Below, piece after piece: positions 1-8,959 of a stretch of 64,000 nt of DNA; positions within the stretch are counted from its first letter, which is position 1; every line of letters starts with the position of its first letter. The stretch is from a virus. The stretch lies in the IMG/VR virus record IMGVR_UViG_3300045988_174992; one strand, given 5' to 3'. A program made the translations under genes and the position numbers. The notes under the pieces were generated by a model. That model was not told the DNA's origin. It searched no databases and saw only the letters and a list, made by a program, of their open reading frames with translations.

Positions 1-71
1 CAACTATCAATATGACAATGAATGCTGATAATATAGCAAAGAAAAAATGAATTGTCAATGGATTGATATAC

Positions 72-431
72 TTATGCATCATATTTAGAAATTTTCTTGT
101 TAGTATAATAAATAAGAATACACATGTTGTGAATAGCTGCTCTTAAATCAAAGCTATGCAATGAATCCGATGATGAACTGTCATCATACAAATCTAATAC
201 ACATGATTCAACAATACAATTTGATGACTCAGCTTCATCAAAAATATTCAGCTTCTTTGATATTCTCCAGATTTTCCATTTGATATCAGATTCTGATAAT
301 CTTGATACTGCATTCAAACAATCATTGATGTTAGGATATAAATAAAGCATCTGTCTTGCTATCCCACCAATAATCTTTTCAATATTATCATTAATCTTAG
401 TATATATAACTTGAGGATTTGTATTTATCAT
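72..431 (-). CDS. hypothetical protein (119 aa)
   Basis: Uninterrupted ORF, co-oriented and tightly packed with neighbours. No motif recognised. Confidence 0.55.
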   Translation of the reverse strand: MINTNPQVIYTKINDNIEKIIGGIARQMLYLYPNINDCLNAVSRLSESDIKWKIWRISKKLNIFDEAESSNCIVESCVLDLYDDSSSSDSLHSFDLRAAIHNMCILIYYTNKKISKYDA

Positions 432-448
432 GATTTTATATTGTTTAA

Positions 449-748
449 TTAGTAACGAATGATTCCGCCAGCTCTTTCAATATCAAAGTTATGTAAAGCC
501 ATCATACCTTTTATTACATTCACAATACCATCTAAAGTCTTCTTATCAAGAAGCATAGTATAGATGACATCTTTTACAGATGGCCATGCATCTCTAGTAA
601 AATATCCATTAAGACCGTTAAAAATATCTTCTACCAACTGATCAAAATTAATAGTAACTACTTCATTGAGGTATTCCTCATTACCATAGTTATTAGCAAC
701 TTCACTGAGAGCTTCTGCAATATGTAACTTAACGAAATCAATAATCAT
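449..748 (-). CDS. hypothetical protein (99 aa)
   Basis: ORF preceded by a promoter motif at 781-812. No motif recognised. Confidence 0.6.
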   Translation of the reverse strand: MIIDFVKLHIAEALSEVANNYGNEEYLNEVVTINFDQLVEDIFNGLNGYFTRDAWPSVKDVIYTMLLDKKTLDGIVNVIKGMMALHNFDIERAGGIIRY

Positions 749-780
749 AATTTTAATATTTAAATGTTTAACTTACGATA

Positions 781-812
781 ATAAGATAGAATAACTTTCA
801 GAAATTTCAAAA
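781..812 (-). promoter_or_regulatory. Bacteroides-type -33/-7 promoter (phage promoter family)
   Basis: Minus strand reads TTTTGAAATTTCTGAAAGTTATTCTATCTTAT, about 30 nt upstream of the ATG at 748. Confidence 0.45.
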
Positions 813-1088
813 TTAGCAATGTAAAACTTCTGAATATTTTACAAGAGCTTCACGATATGCAATCATCTTAGCATCAGAAAAATCTAATACAAAACCAATA
901 AGTGTATCAATATCTTTCTGTTCCATCTTAACAATATTGTTGAGCTTAATTCGATTGCAAATAGAAATACGAAGATATTCAAGAGTGAATTCGTAAATTG
1001 CACTAGGAGAATAAGTTGAGCAGAAATTAGCATTAATCATTGCAAGTTCTGTAGCGTAATCATTCAAAGTCTTTGTCATCATAATCAT
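813..1088 (-). CDS. hypothetical protein (91 aa)
   Basis: ORF preceded by a promoter motif at 1128-1157. Confidence 0.6.
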   Translation of the reverse strand: MIMMTKTLNDYATELAMINANFCSTYSPSAIYEFTLEYLRISICNRIKLNNIVKMEQKDIDTLIGFVLDFSDAKMIAYREALVKYSEVLHC

Positions 1089-1127
1089 AAAATTTTAAAA
1101 ATTAAACTTCTTGTTTTGAACAGATTT

Positions 1128-1157
1128 AATATAGAACAAACCCAGGAAATTTCAAAA
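1128..1157 (-). promoter_or_regulatory. Bacteroides-type -33/-7 promoter (phage promoter family)
   Basis: Minus strand reads TTTTGAAATTTCCTGGGTTTGTTCTATATT. There are 19 nt between TTTG and TATATT. Confidence 0.55.
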
Positions 1158-1184
1158 CAAATGCAAAAAAAGTGAATGACTTTG

Positions 1185-1527
1185 TCATTCACTTGGTATC
1201 AATCCTAATACTTCAAATGTAGGTTTTACACCAGTACCAAGATATTTGTCATATATGTATTTTTCACAATCTTCAAGCTTATCTGTCCATTTTACCCATC
1301 CATATTCATTTCTATCACAGAAATCCCACCAATGAAAAAACAAGAACTTTTTTTCTTTTCTGTACTGCATATTCTTTAATAAGATATGTAGTATCATTGT
1401 AAGTATAATGCTTGAATATTTTTCTTACTACTATACGATATTTTTGTTTCAGTATAGCATCATTTACTGCAGATATGAATTCTCTCTTTTCTGCTTGATC
1501 TAACTTACTTAAATCACCAATCGTCAT
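1185..1527 (-). pseudogene. small gene split between two frames at an A7 run (frameshifted, or needs slippage)
   Basis: The frame starting at ATG 1527 (MTIGDLSKLDQAEKREF...KEYAVQKRKK) and ORF 1185-1397 (...KEKKFLFFHWWDFCDRNEYGW...) overlap at the plus-strand T7 run 1348-1354. Removing one A would fuse them into one ~113-aa protein. Confidence 0.45.
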
Positions 1528-1804
1528 CACTATCATACAATGGGTTATCATAAAAACCAGAATCAGAATAGCTATCAGCATCACTGTCTTCATCATACTC
1601 TGTACAATCAAACCATCCATCTTCTGGCAAATCATTTTCATCAATTACTTCTTCACCATTAGCATAATTCAAATAGCCATTTCGATCTGTTGTCACATAA
1701 TCTCCATTTTCTTGCCATTCTTCAGTTGTATATCTGTTGCCTTTGTTGATGTAAGACTCTTGCAACATTTCTTCTTTAGTCATCAAATCAATTTTCACTT
1801 CCAT
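1514..1804 (-). CDS. hypothetical acidic protein (96 aa, D/E-rich C-terminus ending DSDDDW)
   Basis: ORF whose stop overlaps the next start in ATGACGATTGGTGA. Confidence 0.6.
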   Translation of the reverse strand: MEVKIDLMTKEEMLQESYINKGNRYTTEEWQENGDYVTTDRNGYLNYANGEEVIDENDLPEDGWFDCTEYDEDSDADSYSDSGFYDNPLYDSDDDW

Positions 1805-1883
1805 TAAAATTATATACTTAGATTAAAAATAAGGTTAAATAGTTTCATGAACAATAAAGCAATAATGATTCCAATTGTAAATT

Positions 1884-2057
1884 CTAGTAATATATAATAC
1901 TCCATATATCAAACAAATTATATCTTAATATTACATAAATCATTACATAGATAAAAGAGAATCCTAAGATAAATTTTTCTTGGTACTTTTCTGGTACTGC
2001 AAAGCTTGCAAATACAGCTATTACAGTACCAATCATCATACATAGAATTTCTTTCAT
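1884..2057 (-). CDS. small predicted membrane protein (57 aa)
   Basis: Hand translation gives MKEILCMMIGTVIAVFASFAV...FSFIYVMIYVIL..., ending at TAG 1884-1886. It is below the ORF-track length cut-off. Confidence 0.35.
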   Translation of the reverse strand: MKEILCMMIGTVIAVFASFAVPEKYQEKFILGFSFIYVMIYVILRYNLFDIWSIIYY

Positions 2058-2064
2058 ACAACAT

Positions 2065-2745
2065 TTACTTTTCTACAAGATTGTCAACCATCATTGCTTT
2101 ACCTAGCATAGTATCACCACCAGAAAGTACAGCAGCATCATTATTGATGTTATGCTCAATATTCTGTAGTGCACTAACTGCATCCTTATGTGAATAATAG
2201 ATATTGTTTGTATTGTTTCTGTACAAGTCAGCAACAGGATTCATCCAATAATATGTGCAAGATACCTGACCTTTTGAATTCAAAAACCAATACTTTCTTG
2301 TATTGCAAACAATATCATCTGTATTGACAATCTCCATCTTTCCAGTATTCACATCTCTCACTCCCATTTCTTGGATGAACCTCAAAGGAGCTTTTCCATA
2401 TCCTTTTCGTGGAATAACCACAGTTGGTTCTTTGATAATTTCAACAACACGATTCTTTGTTGGATTGCTGGCTGATACTTCCTTTGCCTTATCTTTATTA
2501 TTTGACAATACAACTAAATCACCTTTAGAATAATTAGACATGTTGAAATTAGTAATTGTCTTCTCAAATAGGCCAATCTTAGCAAGGTCCTCAAAATTAA
2601 TATCCTTAAGACAATCCTTTCTGGTAACACCATATTGATTTGACAAAAATACAATACCATTCACCACATAAACTCTATCATTAACATTAAGCTTAATCAA
2701 TGGATTTGCCTTAACATACTTGTATACATAAACTTGATTCATCAT
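2065..2745 (-). CDS. hypothetical protein (226 aa)
   Basis: Long ORF. The antisense ORFs 2006-2197 and 2303-2533 look spurious. Confidence 0.65.
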   Translation of the reverse strand: MMNQVYVYKYVKANPLIKLNVNDRVYVVNGIVFLSNQYGVTRKDCLKDINFEDLAKIGLFEKTITNFNMSNYSKGDLVVLSNNKDKAKEVSASNPTKNRVVEIIKEPTVVIPRKGYGKAPLRFIQEMGVRDVNTGKMEIVNTDDIVCNTRKYWFLNSKGQVSCTYYWMNPVADLYRNNTNNIYYSHKDAVSALQNIEHNINNDAAVLSGGDTMLGKAMMVDNLVEK

Positions 2746-2761
2746 AATTTTATAATCTTAT

Positions 2762-2995
2762 TTAATTCATGAAATAATAATTCAATACAACATCTCTTGA
2801 GTCCTTCAAGATTTCACTATTTCTGTCACCATGGACAACATAAATTCTCTTATTAGTAAAACCAACAACAGTACCATGTTCAAGGCATTTTCTAGATTCA
2901 CCTGGATCACAAAATACAACTTTATCACCATATTTCAAAGTTGTTCCAAGAAAATCTGTCAAGTTGGTTAAATTCTCTTTATTGTGCTCTTTCAT
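2762..2995 (-). CDS. hypothetical protein (~77 aa)
   Basis: ORF 2762-3040. The internal ATG at 2995 (MKEHNKENL...) avoids most of the overlap with the upstream gene. Confidence 0.5.
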   Translation of the reverse strand: MKEHNKENLTNLTDFLGTTLKYGDKVVFCDPGESRKCLEHGTVVGFTNKRIYVVHGDRNSEILKDSRDVVLNYYFMN

Positions 2996-3224
2996 AAGTC
3001 TTATCAAAAATATCAGGTTTGCATGGATAAAACTCACCATTTACACCCTTGATAATATAATCATTGATAGATGCTTCCATATCACCTTCTAATGTGTGAA
3101 TTACAAGAGTAGTTCCTTTGTTTTCAACAAGTCTACCCATAAAATTGTCAATCTCAGACAAATTCTTACCATTCCATTGAATTGCCTCAATAATAACTGG
3201 CTTCTTTCTATATTTCATAATCAT
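2979..3224 (-). CDS. hypothetical protein (81 aa)
   Basis: ORF with an N-terminus ([15 protein letters not shown]) typical of small conserved phage proteins of unknown function. Confidence 0.55.
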   Translation of the reverse strand: MIMKYRKKPVIIEAIQWNGKNLSEIDNFMGRLVENKGTTLVIHTLEGDMEASINDYIIKGVNGEFYPCKPDIFDKTYERAQ

Positions 3225-3243
3225 TTGCTTTTATTTATATATT

Positions 3244-3663
3244 TTAGAAATCTAACATTGGGTATGCATCATCTTCAATAATGAAGACTCCAGCACCATT
3301 TTCTCCATAGCTAAGATATGTTTTTGGTATACCGAACTTATCTTTGAGATAATTGATAAATTCATTCTTAAGTTTAAGACCAGAAATAAAATTTCTTTCA
3401 TTAGCTGGAGTATGTAATGGACTTCCACCAATCAAATTTAGTGTTGTCCAATTAGAAATTTGCATTGAATAACCAGTTGGATTAACCAAATACTTATTCT
3501 GTACAACTTTATTGATGAACTCTTCTCTAGTTCCATTGAACTTGAAGATACCTCCACCTTTATGAGATGTTACAGAAACTGGTGCTTCATGCAAATCACC
3601 TCTCTTCATATATCTTGTTGTTGAATTGTAAGTCTTTGCTGTATAAATGTAAACTGTAATCAT
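3244..3663 (-). CDS. hypothetical protein (~139 aa)
   Basis: The track ORF 3244-3717 runs over the promoter motif at 3688-3719. The ATG at 3663 (MITVYIYTAK...) fits better. Confidence 0.55.
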   Translation of the reverse strand: MITVYIYTAKTYNSTTRYMKRGDLHEAPVSVTSHKGGGIFKFNGTREEFINKVVQNKYLVNPTGYSMQISNWTTLNLIGGSPLHTPANERNFISGLKLKNEFINYLKDKFGIPKTYLSYGENGAGVFIIEDDAYPMLDF

Positions 3664-3687
3664 AATTTTTATATTTATTTGACATGA

Positions 3688-3719
3688 ATAATATAGAAAA
3701 AGTGCATAAAATTTCAAAA
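3688..3719 (-). promoter_or_regulatory. Bacteroides-type -33/-7 promoter (phage promoter family)
   Basis: Minus strand reads TTTTGAAATTTTATGCACTTTTTCTATATTATT. Confidence 0.5.
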
Positions 3720-3749
3720 CAAGTTCAAAATTTCATGCACTTTTTAAAA

Positions 3750-3953
3750 TTATCCGTTAAGTTTAATTGTTGTCAAATCATCCCATTCTATAATACCAGC
3801 ATTTACTAAGTCATCTATCAATAGCTTGTTGATTTTCCATCCAGTTCGCATTCCAATTTCAGAAACATCTAAACTATCAGGATATCTCTCTTTACAAAGC
3901 TCTACTATCAATTGCTTTTGTGCTTCTACAGCTTCTTTTCCTCTATTATTCAT
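3750..3953 (-). CDS. hypothetical protein (67 aa)
   Basis: ORF directly downstream of nrdG in the same transcription direction. Confidence 0.5.
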   Translation of the reverse strand: MNNRGKEAVEAQKQLIVELCKERYPDSLDVSEIGMRTGWKINKLLIDDLVNAGIIEWDDLTTIKLNG

Positions 3954-3957
3954 GATT

Positions 3958-4563
3958 TTACTTTATAAATTCTGAATCATCTATAGTACATATCTTATTC
4001 TCTTTAAATGATTTCTGTACATCTATGATTCTCTGATTAGTACTTCCTCTAAATGGTATTGTTATGTTTCTTTTTTCCTTTACATAAGGTCCATCAATTA
4101 TAACATCACAATTCTTAATTACTTCTTTATGAGGATAATTATTCAAATCTTCAATGAAATATCCCGTATAAAGCCAAATACTCTTTTCTGGATATCTCTT
4201 CTTTATATTAGAAAGAAACTTAGCAAGTTCTTCTAATGCTTGTACAGACTGATCTAATGGGTCACCGCCAGAAATTGTTACACCATCAATATGTTCATCA
4301 CCTATCAAATTCAATATCTTGTCTTTATAAGTGATGTTTGTATATGGTACCATATCATCTAACTTATGACCTTGAGCATATTTCCAAGTATGCTTATTCT
4401 GACAACCAGGACATGCATGTGTACATCCAGATACCCATATAGTTACTCTAAAACCAGGACCATTATTGATATCTGGACCAGTAACTGCTATGATATGTAA
4501 GCCGTTAGACTTGTCTATGTGCAAGTTGTTAGACTTGTCTATATGTAAATCTTTTGTTTCCAT
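3958..4563 (-). CDS. nrdG: anaerobic ribonucleotide reductase activating protein (radical SAM)
   Basis: Carries the CxxxCxxC cluster motif in GPGFRVTIWVSGCTHACPGCQNKHTW, followed by ISGGDPL. It lies next to nrdD. Confidence 0.85.
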   Translation of the reverse strand: METKDLHIDKSNNLHIDKSNGLHIIAVTGPDINNGPGFRVTIWVSGCTHACPGCQNKHTWKYAQGHKLDDMVPYTNITYKDKILNLIGDEHIDGVTISGGDPLDQSVQALEELAKFLSNIKKRYPEKSIWLYTGYFIEDLNNYPHKEVIKNCDVIIDGPYVKEKRNITIPFRGSTNQRIIDVQKSFKENKICTIDDSEFIK

Positions 4564-4577
4564 ATTTATAATATAGA

Positions 4578-4605
4578 ATCAGGATGAACTTAAGTTCACC
4601 CTGAT
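4578..4605 (-). other. intercistronic hairpin between nrdD and nrdG (processing or attenuation site)
   Basis: A 12-bp stem with a 4-nt loop. The single A-C mismatch on the plus strand becomes a G-U pair on the minus-strand RNA, so the structure is strand-specific. Confidence 0.4.
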
Positions 4606-4612
4606 TTGATTT

Positions 4613-5656
4613 TTAAATTAGATTTTGTTCTACATGCTTTAATCGTTTAGAAACTTCATCTTGTTTACCTTCATTCATATTGGAAACATCAGTACTAAGG
4701 TAACCAGTGACCATTCTTAGTTCCTCTATGTTATGGCTTCCACAATGTGGGCATGTTCCATTGAAATCACCTTTGCTATGACAATCTCGGCAGTAATCCA
4801 GTGGAAAATGCAAAGAGAAATATGGAAGATCCTTATCCATTGCATAAACCACTAATTCTTCACAAGCATCTATATTGTTAGTTGCTGAACTTGGCATTTC
4901 AACATAAGTGATGCATCCAGCATTACTGAACTTATCTAATTCACTTTCAATATCAATTTTCTTGAAGCAATCAATATCTTTATATACAGGTACATGAGTT
5001 GAATTTGTAAAGAATTTGTTATCATTATCAGTAACACCTTTAACATCATTACCATATTGTGCTCTGAATTTTGTCATTGCTGTCTTACAAAGTGATTCTC
5101 CTGGAGTCAAATATACTCCAAAATTCAACTTATCATTTTTCTTGAATTCTGCACATCTGTCATTGAATAGCTTTTCAATTCTCTTTCCAAGTTCAAGTCC
5201 TTGAGCTTCTGTCTGGTCACACCCAATCAATATTTGCAATGTTTCTGCTAATCCAATTTGTCCGATAGCTAATGTACCATGTTTCATAGCAGATACAGGA
5301 CCTTCTTCATGGATATATCCTACCATTGTATTGTTTGTCCACATGAATGGAGCAGACTTAGAATTCTGGCTGCAAATCAAAGTAAATCTTTCAAGAAGCA
5401 TTTCTCTTGCTTCATGGATCTTCTTATCAAGCAACTTCATGAATGTTTCTACTACATCTTTGCTACCAGATTCTTTTGCCATCATAGCTAAAGTAGGCAT
5501 AATGATAGTAACAGGGCAAATGTTTCCACGACCATCTTTTTGGTTTGCAGATAACATCCAATTGTCTTGTACTTTACCAGTTTCTGCTATCTTTTTAAAT
5601 ATTTCAAAGAAATAATTTGAATCACAATTGATATCATAACCATTATAAGTTCTACA
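4613..5656 (-). CDS. nrdD: anaerobic ribonucleoside-triphosphate reductase, exon 2
   Basis: Starts CRTYNG... The C-terminus has the Zn ribbon CRDC...CPHCGS and the glycyl-radical motif ELRMVTGYLS. Confidence 0.85.
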   Translation of the reverse strand, partial: CRTYNGYDINCDSNYFFEIFKKIAETGKVQDNWMLSANQKDGRGNICPVTIIMPTLAMMAKESGSKDVVETFMKLLDKKIHEAREMLLERFTLICSQNSKSAPFMWTNNTMVGYIHEEGPVSAMKHGTLAIGQIGLAETLQILIGCDQTEAQGLELGKRIEKLFNDRCAEFKKNDKLNFGVYLTPGESLCKTAMTKFRAQYGNDVKGVTDNDNKFFTNSTHVPVYKDIDCFKKIDIESELDKFSNAGCITYVEMPSSATNNIDACEELVVYAMDKDLPYFSLHFPLDYCRDCHSKGDFNGTCPHCGSHNIEELRMVTGYLSTDVSNMNEGKQDEVSKRLKHVEQNLI

Positions 5657-5953
5657 CATCTTATCTGTTATTACTAACAGGACTGACTATATGTTCCTTA
5701 TTATATAAATTGTATTTTCTATATATTAAGGCCTCACGCTCCGAATTGGTGCTTATCTCCAATTCTACTCCCTTACACTCATCAGGGATAGTCGATACAC
5801 CTTTATGACAATTAAAATTGTCAATTTAGCACGGATCTCATCCATCTATTATAAATGGACCTAACCGTTAGCAGCAGCTTATTTATTTTCTTATGCTGCC
5901 ACACCCATTAAGCATGGTTCGAGAGGTTTTAGATGGGCTGTAGTATTGCACTT
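5657..5953 (-). mobile_element. group I self-splicing intron (ORF-less, 297 nt) inside nrdD
   Basis: The conserved NrdD peptide STMG|CRTY is split here. The 5' exon end GAUGGGU (5960-5954) pairs with an internal guide GCCCAUC (5938-5932), giving a U-G wobble at the splice site. The intron ends in G before TGT. A GUAA-tetraloop hairpin lies at 5665-5680. The region is richer in GC than its surroundings. Confidence 0.85.
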
Positions 5954-7408
5954 ACCCATCGTGCTCATCACTTCATATCTAGTGAATTTCTCTGCTGGTT
6001 TTACTTTAATTTCCCAACTATCTTCAATAGAGTCATAATGACCTTCTAATGACAAATAATCTTCATAATCTGGATGTTCTGACAACCATTTAGCAAATGC
6101 ACAGTATGTTGATTTGGAGAAATTGAGCAAATTCTTCAATGCACGATTCTTTTGCTCTCTATCAAATATATTACCTTTCCAGTTAGTACTCCAATCAACA
6201 TTACAATAATTAGGATAATCACGTTGTGTTGTAGATTTCAATGCTAATCTGAACAAATCATAGTTAGGACCAGGATTATTTTTAGAGCCATGAATTTCTT
6301 TACTGTATTGGAATATGCAACATGGGAATATAGCAGTACGATGATACTTACCAGTACCTTCCAATGTCATATTGATTAATGCTCTAATTATTTCACGACC
6401 TTCCTTTAAAGTACATGTACCATAATTGATGCTAGAAAATGGCAGCTGGGCACCACTACGAGATTGCAAACTATTTAGATTATGACTCATTGCTTCAGTA
6501 GCTTGACTTAATTCCTTCAATGTAGAATTCCAAGCCTTCTTCCATATCATTTTCTTCAATGGTTTCAACAATCCAACACCGGTATAAATTCTATCATCAA
6601 CACTTATATGTTTGATTGATTTAGGATCAATGTTAGGTTTAGCCCACTTCATCAATGGAATTCCATCACACCAGTTTTTGTAATGCTTAAAGAAACTCTT
6701 ACGGAAATATGGTATCATTGACCAATCAAGATGTGATGCAGAAATACCACCAAACTGTTCAAGTGATTGTACTTGGAAATTTACAGCTATCAATTGGAAT
6801 GCCGTACTTAATGAATTAGCAGGACGAATATCACACTGTTTCAATGTAATACCATGTTCAAGAAGAATATCAATCGGATCAGTTAAACAATTATGCTGTC
6901 CAACTGCAAAATTTGATAAATCATGCTGATAAACCATATTTCCTTCATGATTCTTTCTTGCCATCTTCGACATGTTGTTTTTCAAAGCATAATCTTTACA
7001 AACAACTGCTCCAGCTTCACCAATACGGCCACTAAAGCTGTTTTCATCAAGATTGGCATTCTGGTTTACTACATTCTTGGCATAAAGTTTTGTAGCAATA
7101 TTCTTAGCAAGCTTTGTATTTGATTCTCGATACCTAGATCTCTCTTCTCGGTAAATGATGAATTGTTCTGCTGCTTCATTCTCTCCTACCGACATGAGGA
7201 AATCTCTCAAGAAATCTTGTACAGTCTCAATATCAACTACATCTTCTTTCATAGTTTCTAACCAAGCTCTTATTGATTCTGTAAACTTACTAATTAGTCC
7301 ATCAGGAACTTCTTTCTTCACTCCATTCTTATATACTTTTTCAAGTGCATGAATTGGTTTGTTAAGATCAAAGCCTTGGACTTTACCATCTCTTTTCTTT
7401 ACTTTCAT
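5954..7408 (-). CDS. nrdD: anaerobic ribonucleoside-triphosphate reductase, exon 1
   Basis: ATP-cone N-terminus (MKVKKRDGKVQGFDLNK...). The track ORF reads 20 codons into the intron before a stop. The exon ends ...YEVMSTMG. Confidence 0.85.
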
Positions 7409-7440
7409 AGTTAATTTATTTCAAAGATCTATTTGTAAAA

Positions 7441-7460
7441 GTGGAGAGTTAGATCTCCAC
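7441..7460 (-). terminator. hairpin followed by a U-run upstream of nrdD
   Basis: Minus strand reads GTGGAGA-TCTAAC-TCTCCAC followed by TTTTAC. Confidence 0.45.
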
Positions 7461-7483
7461 TGTATATTAAAATAACTTCCATA

Positions 7484-7630
7484 TCAAATCACTTGTGGCA
7501 GCTTGTTTGCTACCAATATTCTGTTTGCTTCATCTAATTTCTGTCTTGTCTTTATATATAATCCAAATCCAAGACCAGTAATACTAGAAAGCAATACTAA
7601 TGTCCAAATACTTATTGTAATGTAAAACAT
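7484..7630 (-). CDS. small membrane protein (~48 aa)
   Basis: From ATG 7630 it reads MFYITISIWTLVLLSSITGLGFGLYIK..., with one clear TM helix. The longer track ORF would overlap the upstream gene. Confidence 0.45.
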   Translation of the reverse strand: MFYITISIWTLVLLSSITGLGFGLYIKTRQKLDEANRILVANKLPQVI

Positions 7631-7634
7631 AAAT

Positions 7635-8717
7635 TTATCCTCCGACTGTTTTATTTTTATTCCACTTATTGAACTTAGAATTACTGATAGTAAATCCAGC
7701 AGCACCTGGATGTCCACCTGCTGTCTTTACCAAACTCTTGATCCATCTTCCAAGATTGTATTCTCTATCATCATCTTGTCTTACATTATATACAGAACCA
7801 GACCATTTTCCATTAGGCAAATGTTTGAATACAATAGCATGATCTACTTTATCTGCTACTGATTCGAACATTCTGCTTGATGATGGACCTTGACAGAACA
7901 ATGCAACTGCCTTACGTTCCTTTCCATTGATAATGAACTTCCAATCAAAATCACCGTAGTTGTTTACTAACTGCTTATTCTTATAGTTTTCATAATCAAC
8001 AATACTTTCTGCTTCAAGTACGGTTTCACTAATGAAGTTTCTTCCATAATCAGATTCAGAACCATCATCATACATGATATGCTTTACACAATCATATACT
8101 TTATCAAAATCTAGCTCAAAGTCTCTATTGATTACAAGATTGACACCATAACAATCATCTAATTCAAGACAATACTGATTTGGATGGAAGCTGTCCCAAC
8201 CGGCAAGATATTGGAGCAACTGTGGCATATTACCCTTATTCTGGTTGATTCTAAGTACATCAAACAAATGTTCATAAACCAATCCAATTGTTGAAGTAGT
8301 TGTTGCTCTATATCCAGGTGTATCATCATACCCATGTTGCTTTGCTAATGCTAATGCTGGGCCATGATGGTCAAACCAACTAAAGCCTAAATGGCAATTA
8401 TATGCATCACGCAAGAACTTCATTACTTTCCAATTGTTGAATGAAATATCAAGCATATATACATGTCCAAATTTGGTTACCCAATTATAAGGGCACATAT
8501 CATTATTTCGGTCTTTAGATAAAGTATCTAGCATATTGTAATCTGCACCAAGCAAAGTAACATTTTCCTTCTTAGTCTGTAAATTTTTAGATATGCAATC
8601 AACAATCCAATGATACATCAATGCGGCAGAAAATACACCATCATTATCTTCTTTATGATATACAATCAATACTTTATTTTCATTCTCTTTTGTCAGTTTC
8701 AAAACATTCTTCATCAT
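7635..8717 (-). CDS. DHH/DHHA1-family phosphoesterase (NrnA/RecJ-like)
   Basis: Motifs HKEDNDGVFSAAL, WFDHHGP (the DHH motif) and C-terminal GGHPGAAGF (the DHHA1 GGH motif). Confidence 0.7.
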   Translation of the reverse strand: MMKNVLKLTKENENKVLIVYHKEDNDGVFSAALMYHWIVDCISKNLQTKKENVTLLGADYNMLDTLSKDRNNDMCPYNWVTKFGHVYMLDISFNNWKVMKFLRDAYNCHLGFSWFDHHGPALALAKQHGYDDTPGYRATTTSTIGLVYEHLFDVLRINQNKGNMPQLLQYLAGWDSFHPNQYCLELDDCYGVNLVINRDFELDFDKVYDCVKHIMYDDGSESDYGRNFISETVLEAESIVDYENYKNKQLVNNYGDFDWKFIINGKERKAVALFCQGPSSSRMFESVADKVDHAIVFKHLPNGKWSGSVYNVRQDDDREYNLGRWIKSLVKTAGGHPGAAGFTISNSKFNKWNKNKTVGG

Positions 8718-8959
8718 TAATCTTTATTTAAATTTTTAAACTCTTCTTGAATTACTATTACAACTACATAGGCAAATGCTGTAAACACCATTGATATTAT
8801 CACATAAAATGATGTTGCAAATATGCACATACCCATTTTTTCTTCAACTAAGTTTGTTGCAAAAAAATTCCAAGAAATATAGCATATAACAGCATATACA
8901 ATGCATGGAAGTATTATTGTTCCAATATTACAATCTTGTATTAATTTCATAATTTTCAA
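8717..8959 (-). CDS. small membrane protein (80 aa, 2-3 TM)
   Basis: Hydrophobic ORF. Its start overlaps the upstream stop. Confidence 0.5.
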   Translation of the reverse strand: MKIMKLIQDCNIGTIILPCIVYAVICYISWNFFATNLVEEKMGMCIFATSFYVIISMVFTAFAYVVVIVIQEEFKNLNKD

